NCBI GenBank assembly: GCA_051532035.1
Contig: JAOPTW010000046.1
Coordinates: forward strand, 1 to 19,800
Direction: 5' to 3'
DNA length: 19,800 nt
Origin: Fibrobacterales bacterium
GTDB taxonomy: Bacteria > Fibrobacterota > Fibrobacteria > Fibrobacterales > JAOPTW01
A program made the position numbers and the translations under genes. The notes beneath the pieces are model-generated. The model was not told the DNA's origin and did no database searches. It saw only the letters and a program-made list of their open reading frames with translations. Position 1 is the first letter of the stretch. Each line of letters begins with the position of its first letter. This document shows positions 1-7,825 of the stretch, in pieces.

Positions 1-2
1 CT

Positions 3-2852
3 ATGATCGATTCGGATCAGTTTGGGCTTATTAAAGATGCCCTTCTCGAAGAAGTTGAGAAACAGAAAGCTTCAGCAAAGCCAAAAGTAAAGAAAAAGAT
101 ATCGGTAAAATCTAAAGCTGGTATTGTATCTAATTCAAATAAAAAAAGTGATTCGGAATCGGATAATAAAAAATCCCCAGCAGGGCTCAAAGTAACGCTT
201 AAAAAAGCAACGCTTAAAAAAGCACCCCCTGTAGATACGGCCGCTCTTGCTGCAAAGCTCAAAAAAGCAGAAATCCCACCTGTAGTAGTAGTTGAAAAAA
301 CTATTGAAAAACCAGTTGAGGTTCAACCTGCCCCATCTATTGTAGAAACACCAGTAGTTGAGAATATAGAAACGCCTATTGTAGAACAACCTGTTGAAAC
401 TCCAGTAGCTCCAGTAGCTCCAGTTGCAGAGCCTGTTGAGGAGAGTGCAGCAGCTACTCCAGAGTCTGAAACTGTTGTAGAAAAAGAAGAAACTCCAGTT
501 GTAGAACCAGTAGTTGAAAAAACTAAAGAAGAAGTGGTTGCACCTGTTGCGGCTCCTGAAAAACCAAAAGAGCGTGTAGGTGTTGCAGCGTCTGTACAGA
601 CTAATCAAGTTGGGCTTAAAGAGAAAGAGCTTAAGGTTACTATTGAAAAACCAACTGATGAAATGCTTGCGCGAATTGCAAAGTATAAACCTAAGCCAAA
701 AGGCCCTCGCAAAAGAAACGGTGATGATAAAGGTTATACTGGTAAACTTGGTGCTGCTCCTGTTAAAAAAGAGCAAAAACCAAGAAGTGGAAAAGATGGA
801 ACTCCTACCGCTGTTAAACAAGACTCCTATGCAGAGCGTTTAAATAAATTCGCTGATATTTCTGCTGCTACCGCTGCGCCAGATAAAGCAGCTGCTACCG
901 CACAAGGTAAAAAAGGCAAAAAGAAAAAAGGTAAAGATAAGAAACTTACCAAAGCTCAAAAAGAAGAGCGTATCGAAGCAGTAAAGGGTAATGTTAAGTC
1001 TGTCATGGCTTCACTATCTAAAACACCAACTAAGAAAACATATAAGAAAGAAGAGAGTGAAATCGATGGGGATGCAGAAGAGAAACGCATGCTCGAAGTT
1101 TCGGACTTTGTAACAATTGGTGAACTTGCTGGGCTTATGGAACAGATGCCTGCTAAGGTTATCGGTAAGTGTATGGAAATGGGTATGATGGTTACTATTA
1201 ACTATCGTATTGATTTTGAGACTATTCAACTCCTCGCAGATGAATTTGGTTTCGAAGCAAAACTTCTTGAAGAATACGAAGAAGAGATTGAAATTGAAGA
1301 AGAAGTTGATGAGTCTGCTCTTGAACCTCGACCACCTGTAGTAACAGTGATGGGTCACGTGGATCACGGTAAAACATCATTTCTTGATTATATTCGTTCT
1401 CAAAAAGTTGCATCTGGTGAAGCTGGTGGTATTACTCAGCATATTGGTGCATACACAGTTGAAACAGAACGAGGTAAAGTTACCTTTCTGGATACTCCTG
1501 GTCACGAAGCATTTTCTGCTATGCGTGCCCGTGGTTCGCTGGTAACAGATGTCATTGTTCTTATTGTTGCTGCAGATAGTAGAGTGATGCCACAGACTGT
1601 AGAGTCTATTGAGCATGCCCGTGCAGCTAAAGTGCCCATTGTTGTTGCCATTAATAAATGTGATTTGCCAACGGCAAATCCAGATAAAATTAGAGCACAG
1701 CTCGCTGAGCGTGGTATTGAAGTAGAAGAGTGGGGTGGTAAAACAGCATGTCGTGAAGTTTCTGCGGTAACTGGTAAGGGTATTGACGAACTTCTTGAAG
1801 TACTTGCACTCGAAACTGAAATAATGGAATTAAAAGCAAACTACTCAACACCTGCAAAGGGTGCTGTTGTAGAATCTTCGCTTGATAAAGGTAGAGGTGC
1901 GGTTGCAACAATATTGGTGCAATCAGGTATTCTACGTAGAGGCGACTGTTTTGTTGCTGGTATCTATTCTGGTAAAGTTCGTGCAATTCTTGATTATAAT
2001 GGCAAGGAACTTGAACAGGCTGATCCATCTACACCATGTCAGGTGTTGGGTTTCGAAGGTGCACCAATGTCTGGTGATACTTTTATGGTTGTTGAAAATG
2101 AGAAGATATCTCGTGAAATATCAACGAAACGTCGTCAGGCTGCTAAAGAGAGAGAGCTTCGTTCACGTAAGCATATCTCACTTGAACAGTTATATGACAG
2201 AGTTAAAGATGGTGAGTTTACAGAGTTAAATGTTATTGTTAAAGCAGACGTAGATGGCTCTGTTGAAGCGATTGCAGCGTCTCTCGACAAACTTACAAAT
2301 AAAGAAGTTAAGATTAATATTATTCGCAAAGCAGTTGGTAATATTAATGAATCGGATGTTATGCTTGCGGCAGCATCAGATGCAATCATTATCTCCTTTC
2401 ACTTGTTGCCATCTCGTGCTGTACGTGAAGAAGCTGAGCGTGAAGGCGTTCAGATTAAAAATTACAGCATTATTTATCAGATCGTTGAAGAATTCGAAGG
2501 TATCGTAGAAGGCAAACTTAGACCGAAAGTAGAAGAAAAATTGATTGGTCAGGCCGAAGTGAAACAAGTCTTCAAGGTTACCAAAATTGGTAATATTGCG
2601 GGCTCAATGGTTCATGAGGGTGTTGTTGAACGTGATGCTAGCCTAAGAATATATCGTAATGGTATTGAACTTGGTACTGCAGAGGTTAATTCACTTAAAC
2701 GCCATCAAGATGATGTGAATTCAGTTAAAGCTGGGTACGAATGTGGTATCGGTTTTAAAGATTTCAATGATCTCCGAGAAGGTGATACAATGGCATTCTT
2801 TAAAATGATTGAGATCAAACGAACCCTCAAAGATCTTGAAAGAGAGTCATGA
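3..2852 (+). CDS. infB: Translation initiation factor IF-2, probably 5'-truncated by the window edge
   Basis: G1 MGHVDHGKT, GEAGGITQHIGAY, G3 FLDTPGHEAF, G4 INKCD, VKADVDGSVEA and C-terminal GYECGI are all present, followed by rbfA-truB as in the canonical operon. The ATG at 3 has no visible upstream context and MIDSDQ looks like the end of the first IF2_N domain, so the true start is probably upstream. Confidence 0.98.
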   Translation: MIDSDQFGLIKDALLEEVEKQKASAKPKVKKKISVKSKAGIVSNSNKKSDSESDNKKSPAGLKVTLKKATLKKAPPVDTAALAAKLKKAEIPPVVVVEKTIEKPVEVQPAPSIVETPVVENIETPIVEQPVETPVAPVAPVAEPVEESAAATPESETVVEKEETPVVEPVVEKTKEEVVAPVAAPEKPKERVGVAASVQTNQVGLKEKELKVTIEKPTDEMLARIAKYKPKPKGPRKRNGDDKGYTGKLGAAPVKKEQKPRSGKDGTPTAVKQDSYAERLNKFADISAATAAPDKAAATAQGKKGKKKKGKDKKLTKAQKEERIEAVKGNVKSVMASLSKTPTKKTYKKEESEIDGDAEEKRMLEVSDFVTIGELAGLMEQMPAKVIGKCMEMGMMVTINYRIDFETIQLLADEFGFEAKLLEEYEEEIEIEEEVDESALEPRPPVVTVMGHVDHGKTSFLDYIRSQKVASGEAGGITQHIGAYTVETERGKVTFLDTPGHEAFSAMRARGSLVTDVIVLIVAADSRVMPQTVESIEHARAAKVPIVVAINKCDLPTANPDKIRAQLAERGIEVEEWGGKTACREVSAVTGKGIDELLEVLALETEIMELKANYSTPAKGAVVESSLDKGRGAVATILVQSGILRRGDCFVAGIYSGKVRAILDYNGKELEQADPSTPCQVLGFEGAPMSGDTFMVVENEKISREISTKRRQAAKERELRSRKHISLEQLYDRVKDGEFTELNVIVKADVDGSVEAIAASLDKLTNKEVKINIIRKAVGNINESDVMLAAASDAIIISFHLLPSRAVREEAEREGVQIKNYSIIYQIVEEFEGIVEGKLRPKVEEKLIGQAEVKQVFKVTKIGNIAGSMVHEGVVERDASLRIYRNGIELGTAEVNSLKRHQDDVNSVKAGYECGIGFKDFNDLREGDTMAFFKMIEIKRTLKDLERES
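194..223 (+). repeat. Perfect 15-bp in-frame tandem duplication inside infB (AACGCTTAAAAAAGC x2; TLKKA-TLKKA)
   Basis: Read directly: units at 194-208 and 209-223. Confidence 0.9.
400..426 (+). repeat. 9-bp in-frame tandem repeat inside infB (CTCCAGTAG x2 + CTCCAGTTG; PVA x3)
   Basis: Read directly in the Pro/Val/Glu-rich linker. Confidence 0.85.
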
Positions 2853-3235
2853 GCCGTCGAACTGATAAACTAAATAATCAGATCCAAAAAGAGATTGGTC
2901 AGATACTTCAAACTGAAGTATCTGACTCTCGAATTGGATTTGCGACAATTTCTCGAGTTGAGGTTACTACGGATTTGGCACATGCTAAGGTATTTGTTTC
3001 TGTTATGGGGAACGAATCTCAAAGAAAAAGTGCAATGATTGGCCTGAAGCAGGCCTCTTCACATATTCGTACATTACTCTCACGGAGCCTTAAAACACGA
3101 ACTGTACCAAAATTAAACTTTGTTCTTGATCTTAATCTTGACCACAGTTATCGTATACAAGAGCTATTGAGTGGCCTCGAAGAATTGAAAGACCCTCCTT
3201 CAACCGATAATACTCCTACAGAAGAGAATGAATAG
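2849..3235 (+). CDS. rbfA: Ribosome-binding factor A
   Basis: 128 aa with SDSRIGFATISRVEVTTDLAHAKVFVS and RTVPKLNFVLD motifs. ATGA overlap with the infB stop. Confidence 0.97.
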   Translation: MSRRTDKLNNQIQKEIGQILQTEVSDSRIGFATISRVEVTTDLAHAKVFVSVMGNESQRKSAMIGLKQASSHIRTLLSRSLKTRTVPKLNFVLDLNLDHSYRIQELLSGLEELKDPPSTDNTPTEENE

Positions 3236-4127
3236 CAGCGGTTTTTTATTATTGAATAAGCCCAAAGGTATTACAACCTTTAAATTGCTATACCCGGTTA
3301 AACGCTTTTTTAAAAAAGGGTGTAAAGTTGGCCATGCAGGTACACTTGACCCCGATGCTCATGGGTTGGTAATAGCTGCAGTTGGTAAAGCTACACGGTT
3401 GCTCTCTTTTATCGAAGCAGCACATAAGGTGTATGAGTTTAGACTCCATTTAGGTGTTGAGACTGACTCGGCTGATGCAACAGGGGAAATTACTCAAACT
3501 TATGATGATTCTGCTGTTTCGGGTAAAGCTATAGAAGCAATTCTTTCTCAGTTTATTGGTGAAATAACCCAAACGCCACCAGTATATTCCGCAATTAAAA
3601 TTGATGGTAAGCGAGCGTGTGATAGAGTGAGAAAAGGTGAAGAGGTAACGATAAAGTCTAGGGAAGTAACAATCTTAGATTTGCAACTTCTTGATGACGA
3701 TAAAGATTCCTTACAAACGGAATTTCTATTTCGGTGTCACTGCTCTAAAGGTACCTACATACGTTCACTTGGTGTAGATCTAGGAAAAGCTCTTGGAAGT
3801 GGTGCGCATGTATCAGATATAAAACGACTGGCTATTGGTGATAGTCAACTTGATAATGCAGTAGATCCAGAATCTGAAACACTTGACCAGTCACTTATAT
3901 CACCCGAAAAAATGATCTCTCATATCCCTACTATCACTCTGAATGAGAAATGGATTCGCCTCCTTAAGAATGGAATTAAGCCCGAACTGCTCCGGTTTGA
4001 ATCAGAAGGCATTGTATTAGGGAAGCGTGAGAAGTATTTTATCTTAGATGAAGATGGTCAATTGCAAATGTATGCAGAGACCGATCAAGAGCTTCTTAGA
4101 CCAAAGGTTCAGTTGACTCATGAGTGA
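3228..4127 (+). CDS. truB: tRNA pseudouridine(55) synthase
   Basis: LLLNKPKGIT, KVGHAGTLDP (catalytic Asp), QTPPVYSAIKIDGKR and CSKGTYIRSL motifs. 8-nt overlap with rbfA. Confidence 0.97.
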   Translation: MNSSGFLLLNKPKGITTFKLLYPVKRFFKKGCKVGHAGTLDPDAHGLVIAAVGKATRLLSFIEAAHKVYEFRLHLGVETDSADATGEITQTYDDSAVSGKAIEAILSQFIGEITQTPPVYSAIKIDGKRACDRVRKGEEVTIKSREVTILDLQLLDDDKDSLQTEFLFRCHCSKGTYIRSLGVDLGKALGSGAHVSDIKRLAIGDSQLDNAVDPESETLDQSLISPEKMISHIPTITLNEKWIRLLKNGIKPELLRFESEGIVLGKREKYFILDEDGQLQMYAETDQELLRPKVQLTHE

Positions 4128-5016
4128 GAGTAATACTATTATTCTCACAGGAAATATGGACGGATGCCATCTTGGACATCAAGAGATGGTTCGTGTTCTC
4201 AAGGGTGAGGCTCAGAAAAGAGGCCTTAAGCCACTAATACTCACCTTTGACCCGCATCCAGTACATTTTTTTGGCCATAGCAATTCCTTAAAGCTTCTTA
4301 TGACTTTGAAAGAAAAGGTAGAGGCCTTAAAAGAGTACGGTGTCGCTGTTGAAGTTGTAGCATTTGATCAAAAGTTTAGCCAATTGAGTGCTACTGAATA
4401 TGTGAAGCAAGTATTGGTGGGGGCATATGGAGCTCAGGCATGGGTTACTGGGTTTAACCATCAGTTTGGCAGTAAAGCTTCACGTAGTGAGGAACTTCAT
4501 TTTAATGAATTTCTTAATATTATTGGACTCGAGAGGGTAGTAGTTGAGGAATTTGAGCTAAAAGGGCAATCCATTAGCTCATCTACAATTCGAAACTTGA
4601 TAGCAGATTCGAAAATAAGAGAAGCAAACAGCCTCCTTGGTCACCCGTATACGCTCTCTGGCCCAGTGGTCCATGGTGATAAAATAGGGGGGACACTTGG
4701 CTTTAAAACGGCAAATATACAGGTTTCTGACCCTCACAAATTACTCCCTCCACCGGGTGTATATGGTGGGGTTTTTGAGTGTGCAGGCGAGTCGCATGTT
4801 GCGGCGGTGAATATTGGATTTCGGCCCACTTTTGATGGAGAAGATCTAAGAATAGAAGCACATTTGCTGGACTTTTCGGGAGATATTTATAGCCAAAAAG
4901 CCAAATTACAGCTACATTTACACGTTCGTGATGAATTGTCTTTTGTATCTACCGAAGGATTAAAGTTACGAATTTCGCAGGATATAGATTGTATCCGTGA
5001 ATATTTTAGAAATTAA
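4120..5016 (+). CDS. ribF: Bifunctional riboflavin kinase / FAD synthetase
   Basis: GNMDGCHLGHQ, TFDPHP, ISSSTIR, VVHGDKIGGTLGFKTAN, NIGFRPTF and IEAHLLDFSGDIY motifs. Located between truB and rpsO. Confidence 0.96.
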   Translation: MSESNTIILTGNMDGCHLGHQEMVRVLKGEAQKRGLKPLILTFDPHPVHFFGHSNSLKLLMTLKEKVEALKEYGVAVEVVAFDQKFSQLSATEYVKQVLVGAYGAQAWVTGFNHQFGSKASRSEELHFNEFLNIIGLERVVVEEFELKGQSISSSTIRNLIADSKIREANSLLGHPYTLSGPVVHGDKIGGTLGFKTANIQVSDPHKLLPPPGVYGGVFECAGESHVAAVNIGFRPTFDGEDLRIEAHLLDFSGDIYSQKAKLQLHLHVRDELSFVSTEGLKLRISQDIDCIREYFRN

Positions 5017-5039
5017 TATTTAAAGAAAGGACTGTAGAT

Positions 5040-5312
5040 ATGCCATCAATAACAAAAGAAAAAAAAGCCGAACTCATTTTAAAATTCGGTAAAAATGAAA
5101 ACGACAGCGGTAATGCTAAAGTACAAGTAGCTATGATCACTGAGAGAATTGTTAATCTTACTGAACATGTTAAGCAAAACAAGAAAGACAAATCGTCAAC
5201 ACGCGGCTTGATCACTCTCGTAGCTGAAAGAAAAAAACACTTAAAATTTATCGCTAACAAAAATCTGGATGAGTACAGATCACTCATCAAAGAACTCGGA
5301 CTAAGAAAATAA
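5040..5312 (+). CDS. rpsO: 30S ribosomal protein S15
   Basis: 90 aa with DSGNAKVQVAMITERI, LTEH..KKD..S.RGL and YRSLIKELGLRK. SD-like AAAGGA upstream, and it precedes pnp. Confidence 0.97.
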   Translation: MPSITKEKKAELILKFGKNENDSGNAKVQVAMITERIVNLTEHVKQNKKDKSSTRGLITLVAERKKHLKFIANKNLDEYRSLIKELGLRK

Positions 5313-5322
5313 AAAAGAACAT

Positions 5323-5352
5323 AAAAGCCCTTAATGATTAAGGGCTTTTTTT
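5323..5352 (+). terminator. Intrinsic terminator after rpsO
   Basis: Perfect inverted repeat AAAAGCCCTTAAT-G-ATTAAGGGCTTTT running into T7. Confidence 0.88.
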
Positions 5353-5369
5353 AATAAAGAGGTAAAGCT

Positions 5370-7454
5370 TTGTTACAGAAAATAGAAGAAACGGTAGAAT
5401 ACGCACCCGGTAAAAGTATCACATTTGAAACAGGAAGACTTGCTAAACAAGCAGGTGGTGCAGCACTCGTTAAAGCAGGTGAAGCACAACTATTATGTAC
5501 AACATGCTGCGGCGGGTTGTCTAAAGGTGACTTCTTTCCTCTTACAGTAGAGTATAAAGAAAAAGCATACGCAGCAGGTAAATTACCTGGTGGTTTTTTC
5601 AAACGTGAAGCGCGTCCAAGCGAAGCTGAAATTCTCACGTGTCGTACAATTGATAGACCTATACGTCCAATGTTTCCTGAAGGCTTCATGTTTGAAGTAC
5701 AAATCATTGCGACTGTACTCTCTGCTGACCCAAAATTACAATCGGACATTCTTGGTGTATCTGCTGCATCTTTAGCAACAGGCTTATCTGACATTCCTTT
5801 TGAAGAACAGGTAGCAGGCGTACGTGTAGCACTTATCAACGGTGAACATGTTATTAACCCTTCACATACCGAAATGGAAGATGCTGATCTTGAGCTCGTA
5901 GTAGCTGGTACAGAATCTTCAGTATGTATGGTTGAAGGTGGCGCATGGGAACAACCTGAAGAGGTTATCATTGCTGCTATTACTGCTGGACACGAAGCAA
6001 TTAAAAAGCTTTGTGTAGCTCAAACTGCTCTTGTTGCGAAAGCGGGCAAAGAAAAATTTGAATTTGTAACTCCAGTGCTTGATGCTGATATTGTTACAAT
6101 GGTAGAAGAAAAAACAAAACAGAAATTGATTGATGCCTTTCATCAAGATATGACTAAAACAAATCATTACCCAGAAATGAAAAAAATTCAGGATGAACTT
6201 CTTGAGTCTCTTGGTGAAGATTTTGATGAAAGCAAGATTCCACAAGTGAAAGCAGCTTTTGGTGATCTTAAGAAAAACGAAATGCGTCGTATGATCCTTG
6301 AAGAAGGTCGTCGTATTGATGGTCGTGGTACTGCTGACATTCGTGCAATTGATACTGAGTCATCAGTACTTCCGAGCACACATGGTTCTGCGGTATTCCA
6401 ACGTGGTGAGACTCAAGGTCTTGTTACTTGTACTCTTGGTACAAAATCTGATGAACAGATGGTTGAGACACTTCACGGTATCATATACAAAAACTACATG
6501 CTTCACTATAACTTCCCTCCATACTCTGTAGGTGAAACGAAACGTGTTGGTTCTGTATCTCGTCGTGAGATCGGTCATGGTCATCTTGCTGAAAGATCAC
6601 TTTACCCAATACTTCCTCATCCAGAAGATTTCCCTTATACAATCAGAATTGTTTCTGAGATAATGGAATCAAATGGCTCAAGTTCAATGGCTTCGGTATG
6701 TGGTGGTTCAATGGCTCTTATGGATGCTGGTGTTCCAACTAAATGTCACGTTGCAGGTATTGCAATGGGTCTTATCTCTGAAGGTGAAGACGTTAAAATT
6801 CTTTCTGATATTACTGGAACAGAGGATCACCTTGGTGATATGGATTTTAAAGTAACGGGTACTAAAGATGGTATCACTGCTTTCCAAATGGATATCAAAA
6901 TCAAAGGTATCACTCCAGAACTTATGGCTAAGTCGATGACACAAGCAAAAGCTGGCCGTCTTCATATTATCAGTGAGATGGAGAAAAACCTTGCTGAGCC
7001 AAGAAAAGAGCTTTCAGAAAAAGCTCCAGTAATCATGAGCTTTATTATCGATCAGAAGAAAATCCGTGATGTTATCGGTCCTGGTGGACAAGTAATTCGT
7101 GGAATTCAAGAGGCAACTGGCGCGACAATCTCAATAAATGATGATGGTCAAGTGAGTATCTCTGCTGTTGGTAAAGAGAAAGGTCAAAAAGCTCGCGAAA
7201 TGGTCGAAGAGATCATCGCTGAAGCTGAACCAGGTAAAATCTATGACGGTAAAGTAAAAAGAGTAACTTCTTTTGGTGCTTTCGTTGAGATCATTCCTGG
7301 TAAAGAAGGACTTCTCCATATTTCTGAACTCGCTGCAGAGCGTGTTGATAAAGTAGAAGATGTTCTTAACGTTGGTGATGAAGTTCGTGTTAAATGTCTC
7401 GAAATTGATCCGCGTGGAAGAATCAACCTCTCTAAAAAAGCTGTTGAAGAATAA
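5370..7454 (+). CDS. pnp: Polyribonucleotide nucleotidyltransferase (PNPase), TTG start
   Basis: ETGRLAKQAGGA, PGGFFKRE, IDRPIRPMFP, RRIDGR, RREIGHG, ESNGSSSMASVC and DHLGDMDFKV motifs, plus KH (VIGPGG) and S1 (EGLLHISE) domains. SD GAGGT at 5359-5363, 6 nt before the TTG. Confidence 0.98.
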   Translation: MLQKIEETVEYAPGKSITFETGRLAKQAGGAALVKAGEAQLLCTTCCGGLSKGDFFPLTVEYKEKAYAAGKLPGGFFKREARPSEAEILTCRTIDRPIRPMFPEGFMFEVQIIATVLSADPKLQSDILGVSAASLATGLSDIPFEEQVAGVRVALINGEHVINPSHTEMEDADLELVVAGTESSVCMVEGGAWEQPEEVIIAAITAGHEAIKKLCVAQTALVAKAGKEKFEFVTPVLDADIVTMVEEKTKQKLIDAFHQDMTKTNHYPEMKKIQDELLESLGEDFDESKIPQVKAAFGDLKKNEMRRMILEEGRRIDGRGTADIRAIDTESSVLPSTHGSAVFQRGETQGLVTCTLGTKSDEQMVETLHGIIYKNYMLHYNFPPYSVGETKRVGSVSRREIGHGHLAERSLYPILPHPEDFPYTIRIVSEIMESNGSSSMASVCGGSMALMDAGVPTKCHVAGIAMGLISEGEDVKILSDITGTEDHLGDMDFKVTGTKDGITAFQMDIKIKGITPELMAKSMTQAKAGRLHIISEMEKNLAEPRKELSEKAPVIMSFIIDQKKIRDVIGPGGQVIRGIQEATGATISINDDGQVSISAVGKEKGQKAREMVEEIIAEAEPGKIYDGKVKRVTSFGAFVEIIPGKEGLLHISELAAERVDKVEDVLNVGDEVRVKCLEIDPRGRINLSKKAVEE

Positions 7455-7494
7455 GTTAATTATTGAGGTGTAGTACACCAACAATAGTGATTTT

Positions 7495-7532
7495 AAAGGC
7501 CCGCATCCAATAGGATGTGGGCTTTTTGTTTT
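7495..7532 (+). terminator. Intrinsic terminator after pnp
   Basis: Stem GCCCGCATCC / GGATGTGGGC (7499-7522, one G-U pair), loop AATA, then TTTTTGTTTT. Confidence 0.88.
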
Positions 7533-7825
7533 CATAGATGGGTTTCCTAGAATATTCTATTCTCTGTCATGTGGATTGGCAATCAACCATCTAGTGAGAA
7601 GGAGAACTGTAATTAAAAATTTACGATTATAGAAATAATCACTTTTTAGCCTTTAGAGTCAGCAATAGCCATTATGCGTTGTTTTGGTGGGGAAACTGGA
7701 ACAGTTCGTAAACGGATATATAGGGTGATAAAAGAAGAGTCTCATTGATTATTATATATTATGAATATCTATATATGACACACCAATATTAATTGAGATA
7801 GATAGAGTTCAATCCTGGGGGGGAT

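Noticed and set aside
17..7535. Alternative-frame and antisense ORFs over infB-pnp (e.g. 135..821, 5006..5290, 5351..5971, 7131..7535)
   Set aside because: They overlap well-conserved genes wholly or largely, have no recognisable motifs, and show biased compositions expected from the codon bias of the real genes.
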